Below, piece by piece: positions 1 through 9,782 of a stretch of 51,461 nt of DNA; the first letter of the stretch is position 1; each line of letters starts with the position of its first letter. The DNA is taken from the NCBI GenBank assembly GCA_965215885.1, contig CBDCEW010000044.1:1-51461 (forward strand). Reading direction: 5' to 3'. The translations under genes were made by a program, and so were the position numbers. The DNA is from Candidatus Moanibacter sp. (lineage in GTDB: Bacteria > Verrucomicrobiota > Verrucomicrobiia > Opitutales > UBA2987). The notes beneath the pieces are model-generated. The model saw nothing but the letters and a program-made list of their open reading frames with translations. It ran no database searches and had not been told where the DNA came from.

Positions 1-425
1 AAAAAGCAAGTTTCCTGATGAATACTCCGATCCCTCTTGTTGTTAAATTCCTAACTTAGCAGTGTCCCTAAACTTCCAATTGCTTATGGAGCGCGAACTA
101 AGGATCATTCTCTCCGCAATGTCCGTATCAGCGTGCAAATTGCAATCCAAATATTTGCTAAACAGCGGCCATAAATCTTCAAGTCTTGTTATGGTCTAGA
201 AGCATTAATAGCCGTGTCACGGACTCCGAACGTGCTAGTTCGGTCGCGCCGTTTCGCAGTCTCGACTTAAGTGATATGTTCGTATTTCGACGAATAACGA
301 ACATAGCAATACCGAAAAGCGGATCCCGACCCAGATCGGTCCATGAGGTGGGAACAGAATCGAATAAGGATAGCCCTTAGACTCCGCTCAGGGCAAACAG
401 GAAACTGAACATACCATAGAACGAG

Positions 426-609
426 GTGGGAGTCGATTTCGCTGAGCGGGACCAACTCTGACGGAGGGAAGAGTTGAGAAACGCGAGGAAGAGAATTCCC
501 AAGAGCGCTTTCTGTGGGCGCAGATTACAGTCGCGCTTTTGGGAATTCGCTTTTTTGCGTTTAAAGCGCGCTGCGCGCGAGGTCCCGCTCAGCGAAGTCG
601 GGCTCCTGC
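426..609. repeat. Nested inverted repeat (REP-doublet-like)
   Basis: TTCGCTGAGCGGGACC (438-453) is the exact reverse complement of 581-596. An inner pair at 493-508/533-548 matches 15/16. Confidence 0.75.
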
Positions 610-825
610 CGGGTGGAAAAGAATCCTCTTCTCTGTGCCCCTCTGTGGTTCTCAGTGGTGCTCTGTGTCTCCTCTTCTATCAATTCCTAATTCAGTAAGG
701 TCGCCCTTTCGACAGTACTTGGAATTGACATTTCCCTACCACCCCCTGTTTTATAAAGCGTTCATGCGAGCAGGTGGTTACTGTTGGGAATTGAACAATC
801 GGATAAACAACGGAGTATCAAACAC

Positions 826-3132
826 GTGATCAGCAAAATTCAGGTGAACGATAAAGAGGCGAGAGACTACAAAGTAATCGGGACACGGCCGATTCGACAC
901 GATGGGGTCGATAAGGTGACCGGTCGCGCCATTTACGGCGCCGATGTGCGGCTACCGAATATGCTCTTCGGCAAGGTCAAGCGGAGCCCTTACCCCCACG
1001 CACGAATCCTGTCGATCGACACCAGCAAAGCGCTGAAGATGCCAGGTGTGAGGGCGGTAGCGACGGCCGATGACCTCGTCGAAACGGTGGATAAACTCTC
1101 AGATATCGGGGAAACCGTGGTCAACACTCGAGAGGTTGCGCGCAATTCGCTCGCTTCGGGAAAAGTACTCTACAAAGGCCACTCAGTGGCAGCAGTGGCT
1201 GCGGTCAACCCCCACATCGCGGAAGAAGCGCTCGACCTCATCGATGTGAAATATGAACCCCTGCCGGCGGTTATCGATGTCCTGGAAGCGATGAAAGATG
1301 ACGCTCCTCTCCTCGACGAAAACCTCACCACAAAATCGCTCGGTGAAGACACGGGAAAAAGCAGTAACATCTCTTCGCATATACGTCACAAAAACGGTGA
1401 TCCCGAAAGAGGATTTTCCGAAGCGGACGTTGTCGTGGAGCGCGAATACCGCACTGCCACCGTTCACCAGGGCTATATCGAGCCGCACAATACGACAGTG
1501 TATTGGAAGGAAGACGGCACCATTACGGTTTGGGTCAGCACGCAGGGCCCCTTTCAAATTCGGGCCCAGCTCTCCGACGTCCTGAGAGTCCCCGTATCTA
1601 AAATCAAAGTGATCCCGTGCGAAATCGGAGGCGGTTTTGGAGCGAAGTTTCCCATCTACATGGAACCGGCAGCGGCCGTCATGTCGCACAAGACCGGTTG
1701 TCCGGTCAAGATGGTGATGACGCGGGTGGAGGAGTTTGAAGCTACGGGCCCCGCGCCGGGCTCCTATGTCCGTGTGAAAATGGGTGCATCGAAGGAGGGG
1801 AAGATTGTCGCGGCCGAAGCCTATCTAGCCTATGAAGCGGGCGCCTATCCCGGTTCCGCGGTGGGAGCGGGAGCGTTATGTATATTCTCCCCCTACAATA
1901 TCGAGAACCTGATCATTGACGCCTATGACGTCGTCGTCAACAAACCGAAATCCACCGCCTACCGCGCACCCGGCGCCCCGAACGCCGCCTATGCTTCCGA
2001 AGGCGTAATCGACGAACTGGCGGAGAAGATTCAGATCGATCCGTTGGAATTTCGCCTCATGAACGGTTCCGAAGAGGGCACGCGCCGATGCGACGGCATC
2101 ATCTACAACAGAATCGGCTGCAAAGAGACGGTTGAAGCAGCCATCAACTCCGATCAATATCAGAGCAAACTGGAAGGAGCATTTCGCGGGCGAGGCGTCG
2201 CTTCCGGCTACTGGCTCAACGGAGGAGGTCAATCAGCCGCTACCATCAGCCTCAATCCGAACGGTACCGTCAATCTACTCGAAGGGTCGGCCGATATTGG
2301 CGGCACTCGCGCCTCCATGGCAATGATTGTCGCCGAAGAGCTTTGTTTGAAAGCAGAGGAGGTGAATCCGATGGTGGTGGACACCGATTCCATCGGATTC
2401 ACCGACGGCACCGGTGGAAGCCGCGTCACCTACGCCACCGGCCAGGCCTGCTACCTCGCTGCACGGGAATTAAAGGAGAAGATGTGCGTTCGCGCGGCCC
2501 GGAAGTTGGAGGTCGATGAAGACGACGTCGCCTTTGAAGAGGGAGAGTTTGTCTGTAAGTCCGATAACGATAAACGAATGACTTTCAAAGAGGTCGCTAA
2601 TGAGCAACCGAAGACAGGAGGTCCCCTCGTAGCCAGCGGTGCTATAACGGCGGGGGGTCCGACCAACGGATTCGCTACTCATATCGTCGACGTTGAAGTC
2701 GATCCCGATACAGGAAAAGTTACGATACTGCGTTATACCGCTGCGCAGGACGTCGGCACAGCGGTTCACCCGAGCTATGTCGAGGGGCAGATTCAAGGCG
2801 GTGTGGCACAAGGTGTGGGCTGGGCTTTAAATGAGGGTTACTTTTATAACGAGGATGGTACGATCGCCAATACGAGTTTTCTCGATTACCGCATGCCTAC
2901 TCCCTTCGACTTGCCCATGATCGAAACAATCCTTGTCGAAGTGCCTAATCCCATCAGCCCTCACGGGATTCGAGGCGTAGGCGAGGTTCCTATTGTACCA
3001 CCACTTGCGGCCGTGGCCAACGCCGTTTACCATGCCCTCGGCGTACGCCTGTATTCTCTCCCCATGACCCCCGACCGTATCCACGAAGGAATACAAAGTC
3101 GACACGAAGAGCCCGTCCTTGCTTCGGTCTGA
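826..3132 (+). CDS. Xanthine dehydrogenase/aldehyde oxidase family molybdopterin-binding large subunit
   Basis: Motifs KVTGRAIYGAD, HQGYIEPH, IGGGFGAK, AYRAPG, EGQIQGGVAQG, RGVGE. The ORF is open from 784; GTG 826 has GGAG upstream, so the start is approximate. Confidence 0.9.
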   Translation: MISKIQVNDKEARDYKVIGTRPIRHDGVDKVTGRAIYGADVRLPNMLFGKVKRSPYPHARILSIDTSKALKMPGVRAVATADDLVETVDKLSDIGETVVNTREVARNSLASGKVLYKGHSVAAVAAVNPHIAEEALDLIDVKYEPLPAVIDVLEAMKDDAPLLDENLTTKSLGEDTGKSSNISSHIRHKNGDPERGFSEADVVVEREYRTATVHQGYIEPHNTTVYWKEDGTITVWVSTQGPFQIRAQLSDVLRVPVSKIKVIPCEIGGGFGAKFPIYMEPAAAVMSHKTGCPVKMVMTRVEEFEATGPAPGSYVRVKMGASKEGKIVAAEAYLAYEAGAYPGSAVGAGALCIFSPYNIENLIIDAYDVVVNKPKSTAYRAPGAPNAAYASEGVIDELAEKIQIDPLEFRLMNGSEEGTRRCDGIIYNRIGCKETVEAAINSDQYQSKLEGAFRGRGVASGYWLNGGGQSAATISLNPNGTVNLLEGSADIGGTRASMAMIVAEELCLKAEEVNPMVVDTDSIGFTDGTGGSRVTYATGQACYLAARELKEKMCVRAARKLEVDEDDVAFEEGEFVCKSDNDKRMTFKEVANEQPKTGGPLVASGAITAGGPTNGFATHIVDVEVDPDTGKVTILRYTAAQDVGTAVHPSYVEGQIQGGVAQGVGWALNEGYFYNEDGTIANTSFLDYRMPTPFDLPMIETILVEVPNPISPHGIRGVGEVPIVPPLAAVANAVYHALGVRLYSLPMTPDRIHEGIQSRHEEPVLASV

Positions 3133-3443
3133 TTCGGGTTAGGCCTTGCCGTTCACCCTTCTGAGGATTTTCAAATTTCCGGGCAATCGTTCTGGAAATA
3201 TCACCCGTTGTAACGCAACTCGGAGATAAACCGTCGAAAAGCTTCCGCTTTCCGCTACGGCCCAGACCACGAGCCGTAGTCCCGGCACGCCGGGAGAAGC
3301 ATTTCGTCCTCGTTCTTGTAATCGTTCTCGAAGAGCGTGGTGAACCGGAACAACCAATCGCAGGATTTGACCGCGAAAGAAGCGCACCCCTTTTCCCCTC
3401 CAGGGAGGGAAATTGTGCTACAGGAAATAGCACCTCCAAAAAG

Positions 3444-3479
3444 AGATCCCCTCCTGGGAGGGGAAAGGGGTGGGTCTGC
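3444..3479. repeat. CCCCTCCTGGGAGGGG-GGGGTGGGT palindromic repeat, copy 1
   Basis: Near-identical copies at 8389-8427 (inverted), 39469-39489 (partial) and 39516-39552. Confidence 0.75.
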
Positions 3480-3564
3480 TCGACTGAGGAGAATTCCGTC
3501 CGGGAGTATGCGGCGGAGCTTGTCGTCGAGAACGATTGTCCCGCTCAGCGCATACGCGTAAACC

Positions 3565-3765
3565 TTATTTTCGCAACTTAGTCAGATTCAAAGACTTGCG
3601 AGGTATTTTGCGGCGGAGTATGAGGGTGTCTCTATCCTCGAGGTTCCACTCCATTTGTTCGCCCTTTTCTATTTGCTTCGTTTCGACCACAGCGGTGAGG
3701 AAATTCGCAGTTGAGCGAGTGCATTTTGGCCGGGTTATCTTCTCTACTTTTACCGTCTACCCCAT
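3565..3765 (-). pseudogene. Small AbrB/MazE-like IS accessory gene with an amber stop at codon 3
   Basis: Manual translation: MG*TVKVEKITRPKCTRSTANFLTAVVETKQIEKGEQMEWNLEDRDTLILRRK..., ending at the left TIR. The IEKGEQMEW..ED..TLILRR stretch resembles swapped-hairpin proteins. Confidence 0.55.
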
Positions 3766-3828
3766 TTTTTTTCACTTTGGCAGCATTTTATACTGTACAT
3801 TCGTTCATATATAGGATTTATCCTTCGG

Positions 3829-5148
3829 ATGCAAAGTATAAAAAAAGCTGATTGTATCCGTCAAACCTTCCGTAAGTTGAACCTCACAGCCCTCGCTAAA
3901 CAGAGTGGTTTTAGAGAGAGGAAATCGCGCAAGATCTCCCCTCTGAACTTTGTTTTGGCTTTGCTGGCGATGGCTTCTAAGGGGGCCTTGTCCCTTGGCA
4001 AAGAAGCCGAGCTTATTGGATTCTTAGCCAACCGCACCATTTCCAGACAAGCGGTCCAAAAGTGCGCCAAAAAAGCCACCGCTTTTATGACCTTAGTGCT
4101 CCTGAGGCTTTTAGAACTTAAAGCTTATGGGCCTGTGGGCAGAGCTGTTCCAAATTGCATGAGGAGCTTTGAACGGGTTCTCATTGCCGACAGCACTTCG
4201 ATTGGCTTGCCTAAGGTCCTGGCCCCCTTCTTCCCCGGAGCGTCCAATCAGACAGGCTCCAAACAGGCTCAACTGAAGATTCAGGCCTATTACGATCTGC
4301 GCAATGAATCCTTCGTTGACTTCAGCCTCAGTAGCTTCCGAAAAAACGATCAGGCTGCTTCCAAAGACATTCTCGCTCTCGCTCAACCCAACGACTTGAT
4401 CCTGCGCGACTTAGGCTATTTTGTCCTCGATGTCTTTAAGCAACTCGATCAGCGCGGCTGCTTCTTTGTGAGTCGTTTGAAAACCGGCACTTGCCTTTTA
4501 GCCAACGAAGGCGATGAAGAGCTCGATCTACGCAAACTTTTACGTGGCCAAAAGCTTCTCGATATGCCCGTTCGGGTGGGTAAAAAAGCCAAGCTTCCGG
4601 TTCGTCTGATCGCCGTCAAACTCCCTCAGAAGGTGGCCCATAAACGCCGCCGCGAGCATAGACAAAACCGCGACAATAGACTTCGATATACCAGCCGCAC
4701 CAGCTTCCTTCTCGGTTTCCAAATCTTTATTACCAACCTCCATCAGAAAGACTTTAGCCCTAAGCAGATTCTGAGCTTTTACGGGCTTCGCTGGCGCATC
4801 GAAATTTTCTTTAAGGCCTTTAAGCAACATCTTAATCTCGGTCAGGTCAAAGAGACTACTCCCTACCAGGTTGAGCTTCTTATCTACGCCCGTCTCATCC
4901 TCATTACCCACTTACTCAACTTCGTCTATGGTCCCCTTAGACACTATTCGAATACCAGTTTGTCCTCTCCTCTGAGTATCCTTAAATTCTCCTACTGGTT
5001 TGGCTTCTTTGCTCCCTACTTCTTCATCCTCTCTCACCTTCCCAAAGATCAGATCATCCCCCGATGGCTCAAACAAATCCCCAAACACTGCACCTATGAA
5101 AAGCGTTCTCGTCTTGATTTCCTCTCTTGTTTCTTCTCCTTAGGTTAA
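3829..5148 (+). CDS. IS4-family DDE transposase
   Basis: IADSTS, LRDLGYF and the YREK signature YGLRWRIEIFFK. Confidence 0.93.
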   Translation: MQSIKKADCIRQTFRKLNLTALAKQSGFRERKSRKISPLNFVLALLAMASKGALSLGKEAELIGFLANRTISRQAVQKCAKKATAFMTLVLLRLLELKAYGPVGRAVPNCMRSFERVLIADSTSIGLPKVLAPFFPGASNQTGSKQAQLKIQAYYDLRNESFVDFSLSSFRKNDQAASKDILALAQPNDLILRDLGYFVLDVFKQLDQRGCFFVSRLKTGTCLLANEGDEELDLRKLLRGQKLLDMPVRVGKKAKLPVRLIAVKLPQKVAHKRRREHRQNRDNRLRYTSRTSFLLGFQIFITNLHQKDFSPKQILSFYGLRWRIEIFFKAFKQHLNLGQVKETTPYQVELLIYARLILITHLLNFVYGPLRHYSNTSLSSPLSILKFSYWFGFFAPYFFILSHLPKDQIIPRWLKQIPKHCTYEKRSRLDFLSCFFSLG

Positions 5149-5224
5149 CGCAAATGCGCTAAGCGGTAAGAACGAATTTCTAATCGCTTTCCATAGAGTT
5201 GCTGCTTTGAATAAAGGTTAATAG

Positions 5225-5293
5225 AACGTCCCCGGAGGGGCCGATCCACCACGAACATTATTTCTCGGGGTGGGTCGGGCGCTCCGCGCACGA
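5225..5293. repeat. GTGG-type REP doublet, copy 1
   Basis: AACGTCCCCGGAGGGGCCGATCCACC - 17 nt - GGGTGGGTCGGGCGCTCCGCGCACGA. Inverted near-identical copy at 9648-9716. Confidence 0.8.
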
Positions 5294-5392
5294 AGATATT
5301 ACAAAAGGCTAGCGACACCATCCCGCCTCGCCTGGACGGGGAATTTCCAGGTTTAGGATCAATCTTCCGCAACCGTGCATAACTCTGCTCCC

Positions 5393-8269
5393 ATGGAAAA
5401 AGAGAAGAGCCCCCAGGAACTCGCCGCAGCACTCCTGGATGAAGTTAAAGCCCTGGTAACTGAAGTGCGCCCGGAACAGTCCGCGAGGCTGAGCGTTGAA
5501 TTGGACAGCACTCTCGACCGGGAGATCGGGTTAGACAGCCTTTCCAGGGTGGAGTTAATCGGACGCATCGAGAGAAGCTTTGAGGTCACTCTGCCGGAAC
5601 GCGTATTCACTGAAGCGGAGACGCCGCGCGATCTATTGCGAGCTGTTCTCAGCGCGGACCCGTCCAAGTCAAAGACGCAAGTCGTCGATTCCGCAAAGAT
5701 GGAGCTCCCTGAAACAGATGGAGAACCTCATCAAGCGGAAACGCTCATTGAGGTCCTGAACTGGCATGCTTACGCCCATCCCAACCGGCCTCAAATCCGC
5801 TTTTACAGCGACGCCGAGGAGGGGGAGGTTATCACCTACGGCCAACTTCGCGAGAGAGCGGCTTCCGTCGCCGGCGGACTGCAAAATCTCGGCGTGGAAC
5901 CGGGAGAACCGGTGGCACTGATCCTACCGACCGGACAGGACTACTTTTTCAGCTTTTTCGGGATTCTCCTGGCCGGTGGTGTACCGGTTCCCATGTATCC
6001 CCCGGTTCGCTGGAAGGGTACGGGCGATCACCTCCTACGCCACCGCGCGATCATGAGTAACTGCGCCGCATCCACGCTCATCACGGTACCCGAGGCACGG
6101 AAGTTTGCCGGTCTCCTCAGGACTCAGGTAGCCACTCTGGATAACATCGCAACTGTCGCGGACCTCGAAAGCGCGGACGTGGAATTTCAGGAGCCTGCGG
6201 TCAAGAGTAACGAAGTTGCCTTTCTACAATACACATCGGGTAGCACCGGGAATCCCAAAGGTGTGGTCCTCACCCACGCCAACCTCCTAAGCAACATCCG
6301 AGCCATGGGCAATGCGATCGAGGCGAACTCCTCCGACGTCTTTGTGAGCTGGCTTCCCCTCTACCATGACATGGGTCTGATCGGAGCCTGGCTCGGAAGC
6401 CTCTACTATGCCATGGTGCTCGTGATCATGCCCCCGACTTCATTTCTGGCACGGCCAAAACGATGGCTCGAAGCCATACATCGGTATCGCGGCACCCTTT
6501 CCGCGGCTCCCAATTTCGCCTATGAACTCTGTCTGAAACGACTTGTGGATAACGAACTGGAGGGACTCGATCTCAGCACATGGCGCGTCGCCTTTAACGG
6601 GGCCGAACCGGTCAACCCGGACACAGTAGAGCGCTTCTGCGAACGGTTCGATAAATTCGGCTTCAAACGCAAAATTCTCTCGCCCGTGTTCGGTCTTGCT
6701 GAGTGCTCCGTAGGTCTCGCTTTCCCCCCTCTCGACCGAGAACCGATAGTCGACCGCATCCAACGCGATTCCCTCGTCAAAGGGGGCCAGGCTATCCCCG
6801 CGGACGATTCAGACGCGCTGCCCCACCGATTTGTGTCGTGCGGCCGTCCCATTCCCGGCCACGAAATTCGAGTCCTCGACGAGGCAGGTCGGGAACTCCC
6901 TGAGCGCCGTGAGGGCAAAGTTCAATTTCGCGGTCCCTCGGCCACGAGTGGCTACTACAGGAGTTCCGAGGAGACCCGGCGACTTTTCGATGAGGATTGG
7001 TTGAATACGGGTGATCTTGGCTATTTTGCGGGCGGAGATCTCTTTGTCACGGGAAGAACGAGTGAGATCATCATCCGCGCCGGCCGAAACATCTATCCTC
7101 AAGAACTGGAGGAGACGATCGGTAGGATTTCCGGTGTAATCGAAGGCCATGTAGCTGTCTTCGGCAGCAGCGACAGCGCTTCCGGTTCTGAGAAGCTCGT
7201 CGTATTAGCCGAGGCACGCAGTAAGAATCCCGAAGTCCTGGACGAAATTCGCTCGGCAATTAACGCGCTTTCGACCGACCTGGTGGGGACACCTCCGGAC
7301 GATATAGTCCTGGCTCCTCCGCGCACCGTTCTAAAGACATCCAGCGGTAAGATCCGGCGCAGCGCCAGCCGCGAACTCTATGAGCGAGGTGCCATCGGCC
7401 AACGCGAGGGAGCCGCCTGGAAGCAGGTCGCACGGCTTACCTGGGCCGGTTTCCTCCCGCAGTTGAGACGCACCTGCCGAAATACATCAGCAGCCATTTA
7501 TGCCGCCTGCTGTTGGACCGTCTTCGTAACTATGGCGCCTTTTGTCTGGTTGGCGGTAGTTACCCTGCCCTATTCTTCCTGGCGCTGGTCATTTATTCGA
7601 ATGACAGGTCGCCTTTTGGCCCGAATTACCCGCATTCCACTGATCGTAAATGGTGCCGAACATACTTCTCTCGCAAGACCCTGCGTCCTTGTCTCCAATC
7701 ACGCCAGTTATCTCGATGGTTACGTTTTGGCTGCGACTTTACCGGTGAATGTCCGTTTCGTCGCGAAAGCAGAATTAAAAGAGAATATCTTCATTCGCCT
7801 CTTTCTGGACAGACTCGGAGCCGAGTATGTCGAGCGATTCGATTCACTTCAAGGTATTGAAGACGCCGGCCGCATCGGGGGCGAATCGATTGTGAATCGT
7901 CCTCTCCTCTACTTCGCGGAGGGCACCTTTACCAGGATGCCCGGGCTTCTACCCTTTCACATGGGAGGATTTCTGGCCGCCGCCAAAACCGGAGCAGACG
8001 TAATCCCCCTCGCCATCAGGGGGACGCGTTCCATCCTACGAGCCGACTCCTGGTTCCCACGCTGGGGAGCGATTACGGTTACGATCGGAACACCTCTCGC
8101 AACGAAAAACTCTCGAGACCAGACCGCAAGCAAACCTTGGGCAGATGCGGTAAGGCTTCGCGACGCTGCCCGCGACCACATCCTACGGCACTGCGGGGAA
8201 CCGGATCTCGCCCACGAACGAGCACCCATCTTCGAAGTAGCGGGAGAGAGGCCTCGGAATCGTGACTGA
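5393..8269 (+). CDS. ACP / fatty acyl-AMP ligase / PlsC-type acyltransferase fusion
   Basis: N-terminal GLDSL carrier motif. Adenylation motifs FLQYTSGSTGNPKG, WLPLYHDMGLIG, TGDLG, KTSSGK. Acyltransferase motifs NHASYLD and FAEGT. Start ATG 5393 (or GTG 5375). Confidence 0.92.
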   Translation: MEKEKSPQELAAALLDEVKALVTEVRPEQSARLSVELDSTLDREIGLDSLSRVELIGRIERSFEVTLPERVFTEAETPRDLLRAVLSADPSKSKTQVVDSAKMELPETDGEPHQAETLIEVLNWHAYAHPNRPQIRFYSDAEEGEVITYGQLRERAASVAGGLQNLGVEPGEPVALILPTGQDYFFSFFGILLAGGVPVPMYPPVRWKGTGDHLLRHRAIMSNCAASTLITVPEARKFAGLLRTQVATLDNIATVADLESADVEFQEPAVKSNEVAFLQYTSGSTGNPKGVVLTHANLLSNIRAMGNAIEANSSDVFVSWLPLYHDMGLIGAWLGSLYYAMVLVIMPPTSFLARPKRWLEAIHRYRGTLSAAPNFAYELCLKRLVDNELEGLDLSTWRVAFNGAEPVNPDTVERFCERFDKFGFKRKILSPVFGLAECSVGLAFPPLDREPIVDRIQRDSLVKGGQAIPADDSDALPHRFVSCGRPIPGHEIRVLDEAGRELPERREGKVQFRGPSATSGYYRSSEETRRLFDEDWLNTGDLGYFAGGDLFVTGRTSEIIIRAGRNIYPQELEETIGRISGVIEGHVAVFGSSDSASGSEKLVVLAEARSKNPEVLDEIRSAINALSTDLVGTPPDDIVLAPPRTVLKTSSGKIRRSASRELYERGAIGQREGAAWKQVARLTWAGFLPQLRRTCRNTSAAIYAACCWTVFVTMAPFVWLAVVTLPYSSWRWSFIRMTGRLLARITRIPLIVNGAEHTSLARPCVLVSNHASYLDGYVLAATLPVNVRFVAKAELKENIFIRLFLDRLGAEYVERFDSLQGIEDAGRIGGESIVNRPLLYFAEGTFTRMPGLLPFHMGGFLAAAKTGADVIPLAIRGTRSILRADSWFPRWGAITVTIGTPLATKNSRDQTASKPWADAVRLRDAARDHILRHCGEPDLAHERAPIFEVAGERPRNRD

Positions 8270-8299
8270 TACGACAGTGGAAATTTCTGAAGCAATCGT

Positions 8300-8845
8300 G
8301 CTCTTTAGTCGTTCTCGTCATCGTCCTCGTAATCGTCCTCGATCATATTGACCCTTGGAAGACTCTCGGACTGAATTCTACTCAAGAGGCAGACCCACCC
8401 CTACCCCTCCCAGGAGGGGATCTTCCCATTGGGTGGTAGTTTATGAAGGTCCACTCACTCGTGGTCGTAATCGTAGTCGGGTCGATCGGGTTAAAGCGAC
8501 CAAGTTTACGACGATGTTTACGACGAAGATTTGAAATGGGTCGATGGTCTTCAGTTCTTTGTCGTCAACCTTGTCGTGAACCTCGTCGCAAACCTTGTCG
8601 ATGGTAGACTTTCGATCTCGGCCTCCCGCTCTCCCATCGTTACTCTAAATCCATTCGGCTGTGCCTGTGGTGAGCCTGTCGAACCGCTCATGGCAGTCCG
8701 TGATCTCCGGTCGATCTTCCTTCTTTCGACTTTAGATTACGATTATGATTACGACAGAAAGATCGAATCGGTTTCCCCTCCTCTCCCATCGTGACCCTCA
8801 ATCGTGATCTCCAGTCGCTCTTTCTTCTTTCGACTTTAAATCGCG
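8300..8845. repeat. Compound intergenic repeat cluster
   Basis: 6-bp (TCGTNN) and 12-bp (e.g. CGACGATGTTTA) periodic runs at 8308-8343, 8498-8530 and 8557-8602; a CCCCTCC palindrome at 8389-8427; a ~38-bp imperfect direct repeat at 8700-8737/8804-8840. Confidence 0.7.
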
Positions 8846-8864
8846 ATTCCCAAACCACTCAACC

Positions 8865-9551
8865 TCAAGCAAGCCGGTAAATACCCGTAAAGATCGTGTT
8901 CATGCCAGACTGATATGCTCCGCGGAAAGAAGCATCCTTCTGGAATTCGCGAGTGACATCGGTGAGCAAGAGGATTTCGAACTGACCCCGATCGGGATGG
9001 ACTATGACGCGGACTGCATCGAAGCCGAGAAACAGGCGAGTGAGCGGATATTGAAATTTATAGAAGCATTCCTTCGCGCTGAATAGAAGGGTGGCCCAGA
9101 AATTTCGCTCTTCCAAGGATAGTTCTCTTAGCCATTCAAGCTCGTCTTCAACGAAGAGAGAGGGCCAGAGGTGCTCCCCCAGTCGACCAAGGAATTCGAA
9201 ATCCAGACCGATTGATAATACATCCTCTTCTAATCCGAGGGCGACGCCGGTATATTCATCGGTGTGGGCAATGCTGCCGACAACACCATCCGGCCAATTG
9301 GGCGAGCGGTCCGGACTTGAGGGTATCGGACATTTGCTGAGGCCAAGGATCGTCATCGCCTGTCGGACGCAGCAGCGGCCCGCAATAAACTCGTCCCGGC
9401 GCTTATCGACCGCCCCCTCAATGATGACAGCCTCTTCGGGATAGAGGGAACCCTGCACATCAGAAATAGGGGACTCCACGGTAGCGATCTGATCCGGGAA
9501 GAGGGAACGGACCCACTGGTGAGGTATCTCCTCGTCTGATCTGGCATTCAT
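8865..9551 (-). CDS. 4'-phosphopantetheinyl transferase (EntD/Sfp type)
   Basis: KRRDEFIAGR, WPDGVVGSIAH, IGLDFE, FSAKECFYK. Start uncertain (9551 or 9605). Confidence 0.9.
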   Translation of the reverse strand: MNARSDEEIPHQWVRSLFPDQIATVESPISDVQGSLYPEEAVIIEGAVDKRRDEFIAGRCCVRQAMTILGLSKCPIPSSPDRSPNWPDGVVGSIAHTDEYTGVALGLEEDVLSIGLDFEFLGRLGEHLWPSLFVEDELEWLRELSLEERNFWATLLFSAKECFYKFQYPLTRLFLGFDAVRVIVHPDRGQFEILLLTDVTREFQKDASFRGAYQSGMNTIFTGIYRLA

Positions 9552-9647
9552 GAAATATTGGGAAAGATCTGACTCGTTACTTCGATTCCGCAGATTAAGG
9601 CACACGTTCTTGTCAGGCTGAGCGCGACGGCTACGATGCTATTGTCA

Positions 9648-9716
9648 TCGTGCGCGGAGCGCCCGATCCACCCTTAGCAAGGATACTAGTGGTGGAACGG
9701 CCCCTCCGGGGACGTT
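9648..9716. repeat. GTGG-type REP doublet, copy 2 (inverted relative to 5225-5293)
   Basis: TCGTGCGCGGAGCGCCCGATCCACCC - 17 nt - GGTGGAACGGCCCCTCCGGGGACGTT. Confidence 0.8.
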
Positions 9717-9782
9717 AGTTTCAATTTCGAAATGAGTTAACTCGCAATTATTTCCGTTATCGTTCTACTGTCGACCCGGAAA

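Larger units (their letters stand above)
3551..5156 (+). mobile_element. IS4-family insertion sequence
   Basis: Imperfect TIRs CATACGCGTAAACCT / AGGTTAACGCAAATG (12/15). Flanking 9-bp duplication CGCTCAGCG (3542-3550) / CGCTAAGCG (5157-5165). The transposase stop lies in the right TIR. Confidence 0.85.

Noticed and set aside
1..420. Coding sequence or RNA gene at the window start
   Set aside because: Only short ORFs without recognisable features; no tRNA or rRNA signature seen.
826..3132. Aerobic CO dehydrogenase CoxL
   Set aside because: The loop is AYRAPG, not AYxCSFR or AYxGAGR, and no coxMS is adjacent.
3541..5165. 25-bp TIRs for the first IS4
   Set aside because: The outer bases are better explained as a palindromic 9-bp target duplication; the ends start at CAT.
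8490..8610. CRISPR array
   Set aside because: Units are 6-12 bp, degenerate and without unique spacers; no cas genes are present.
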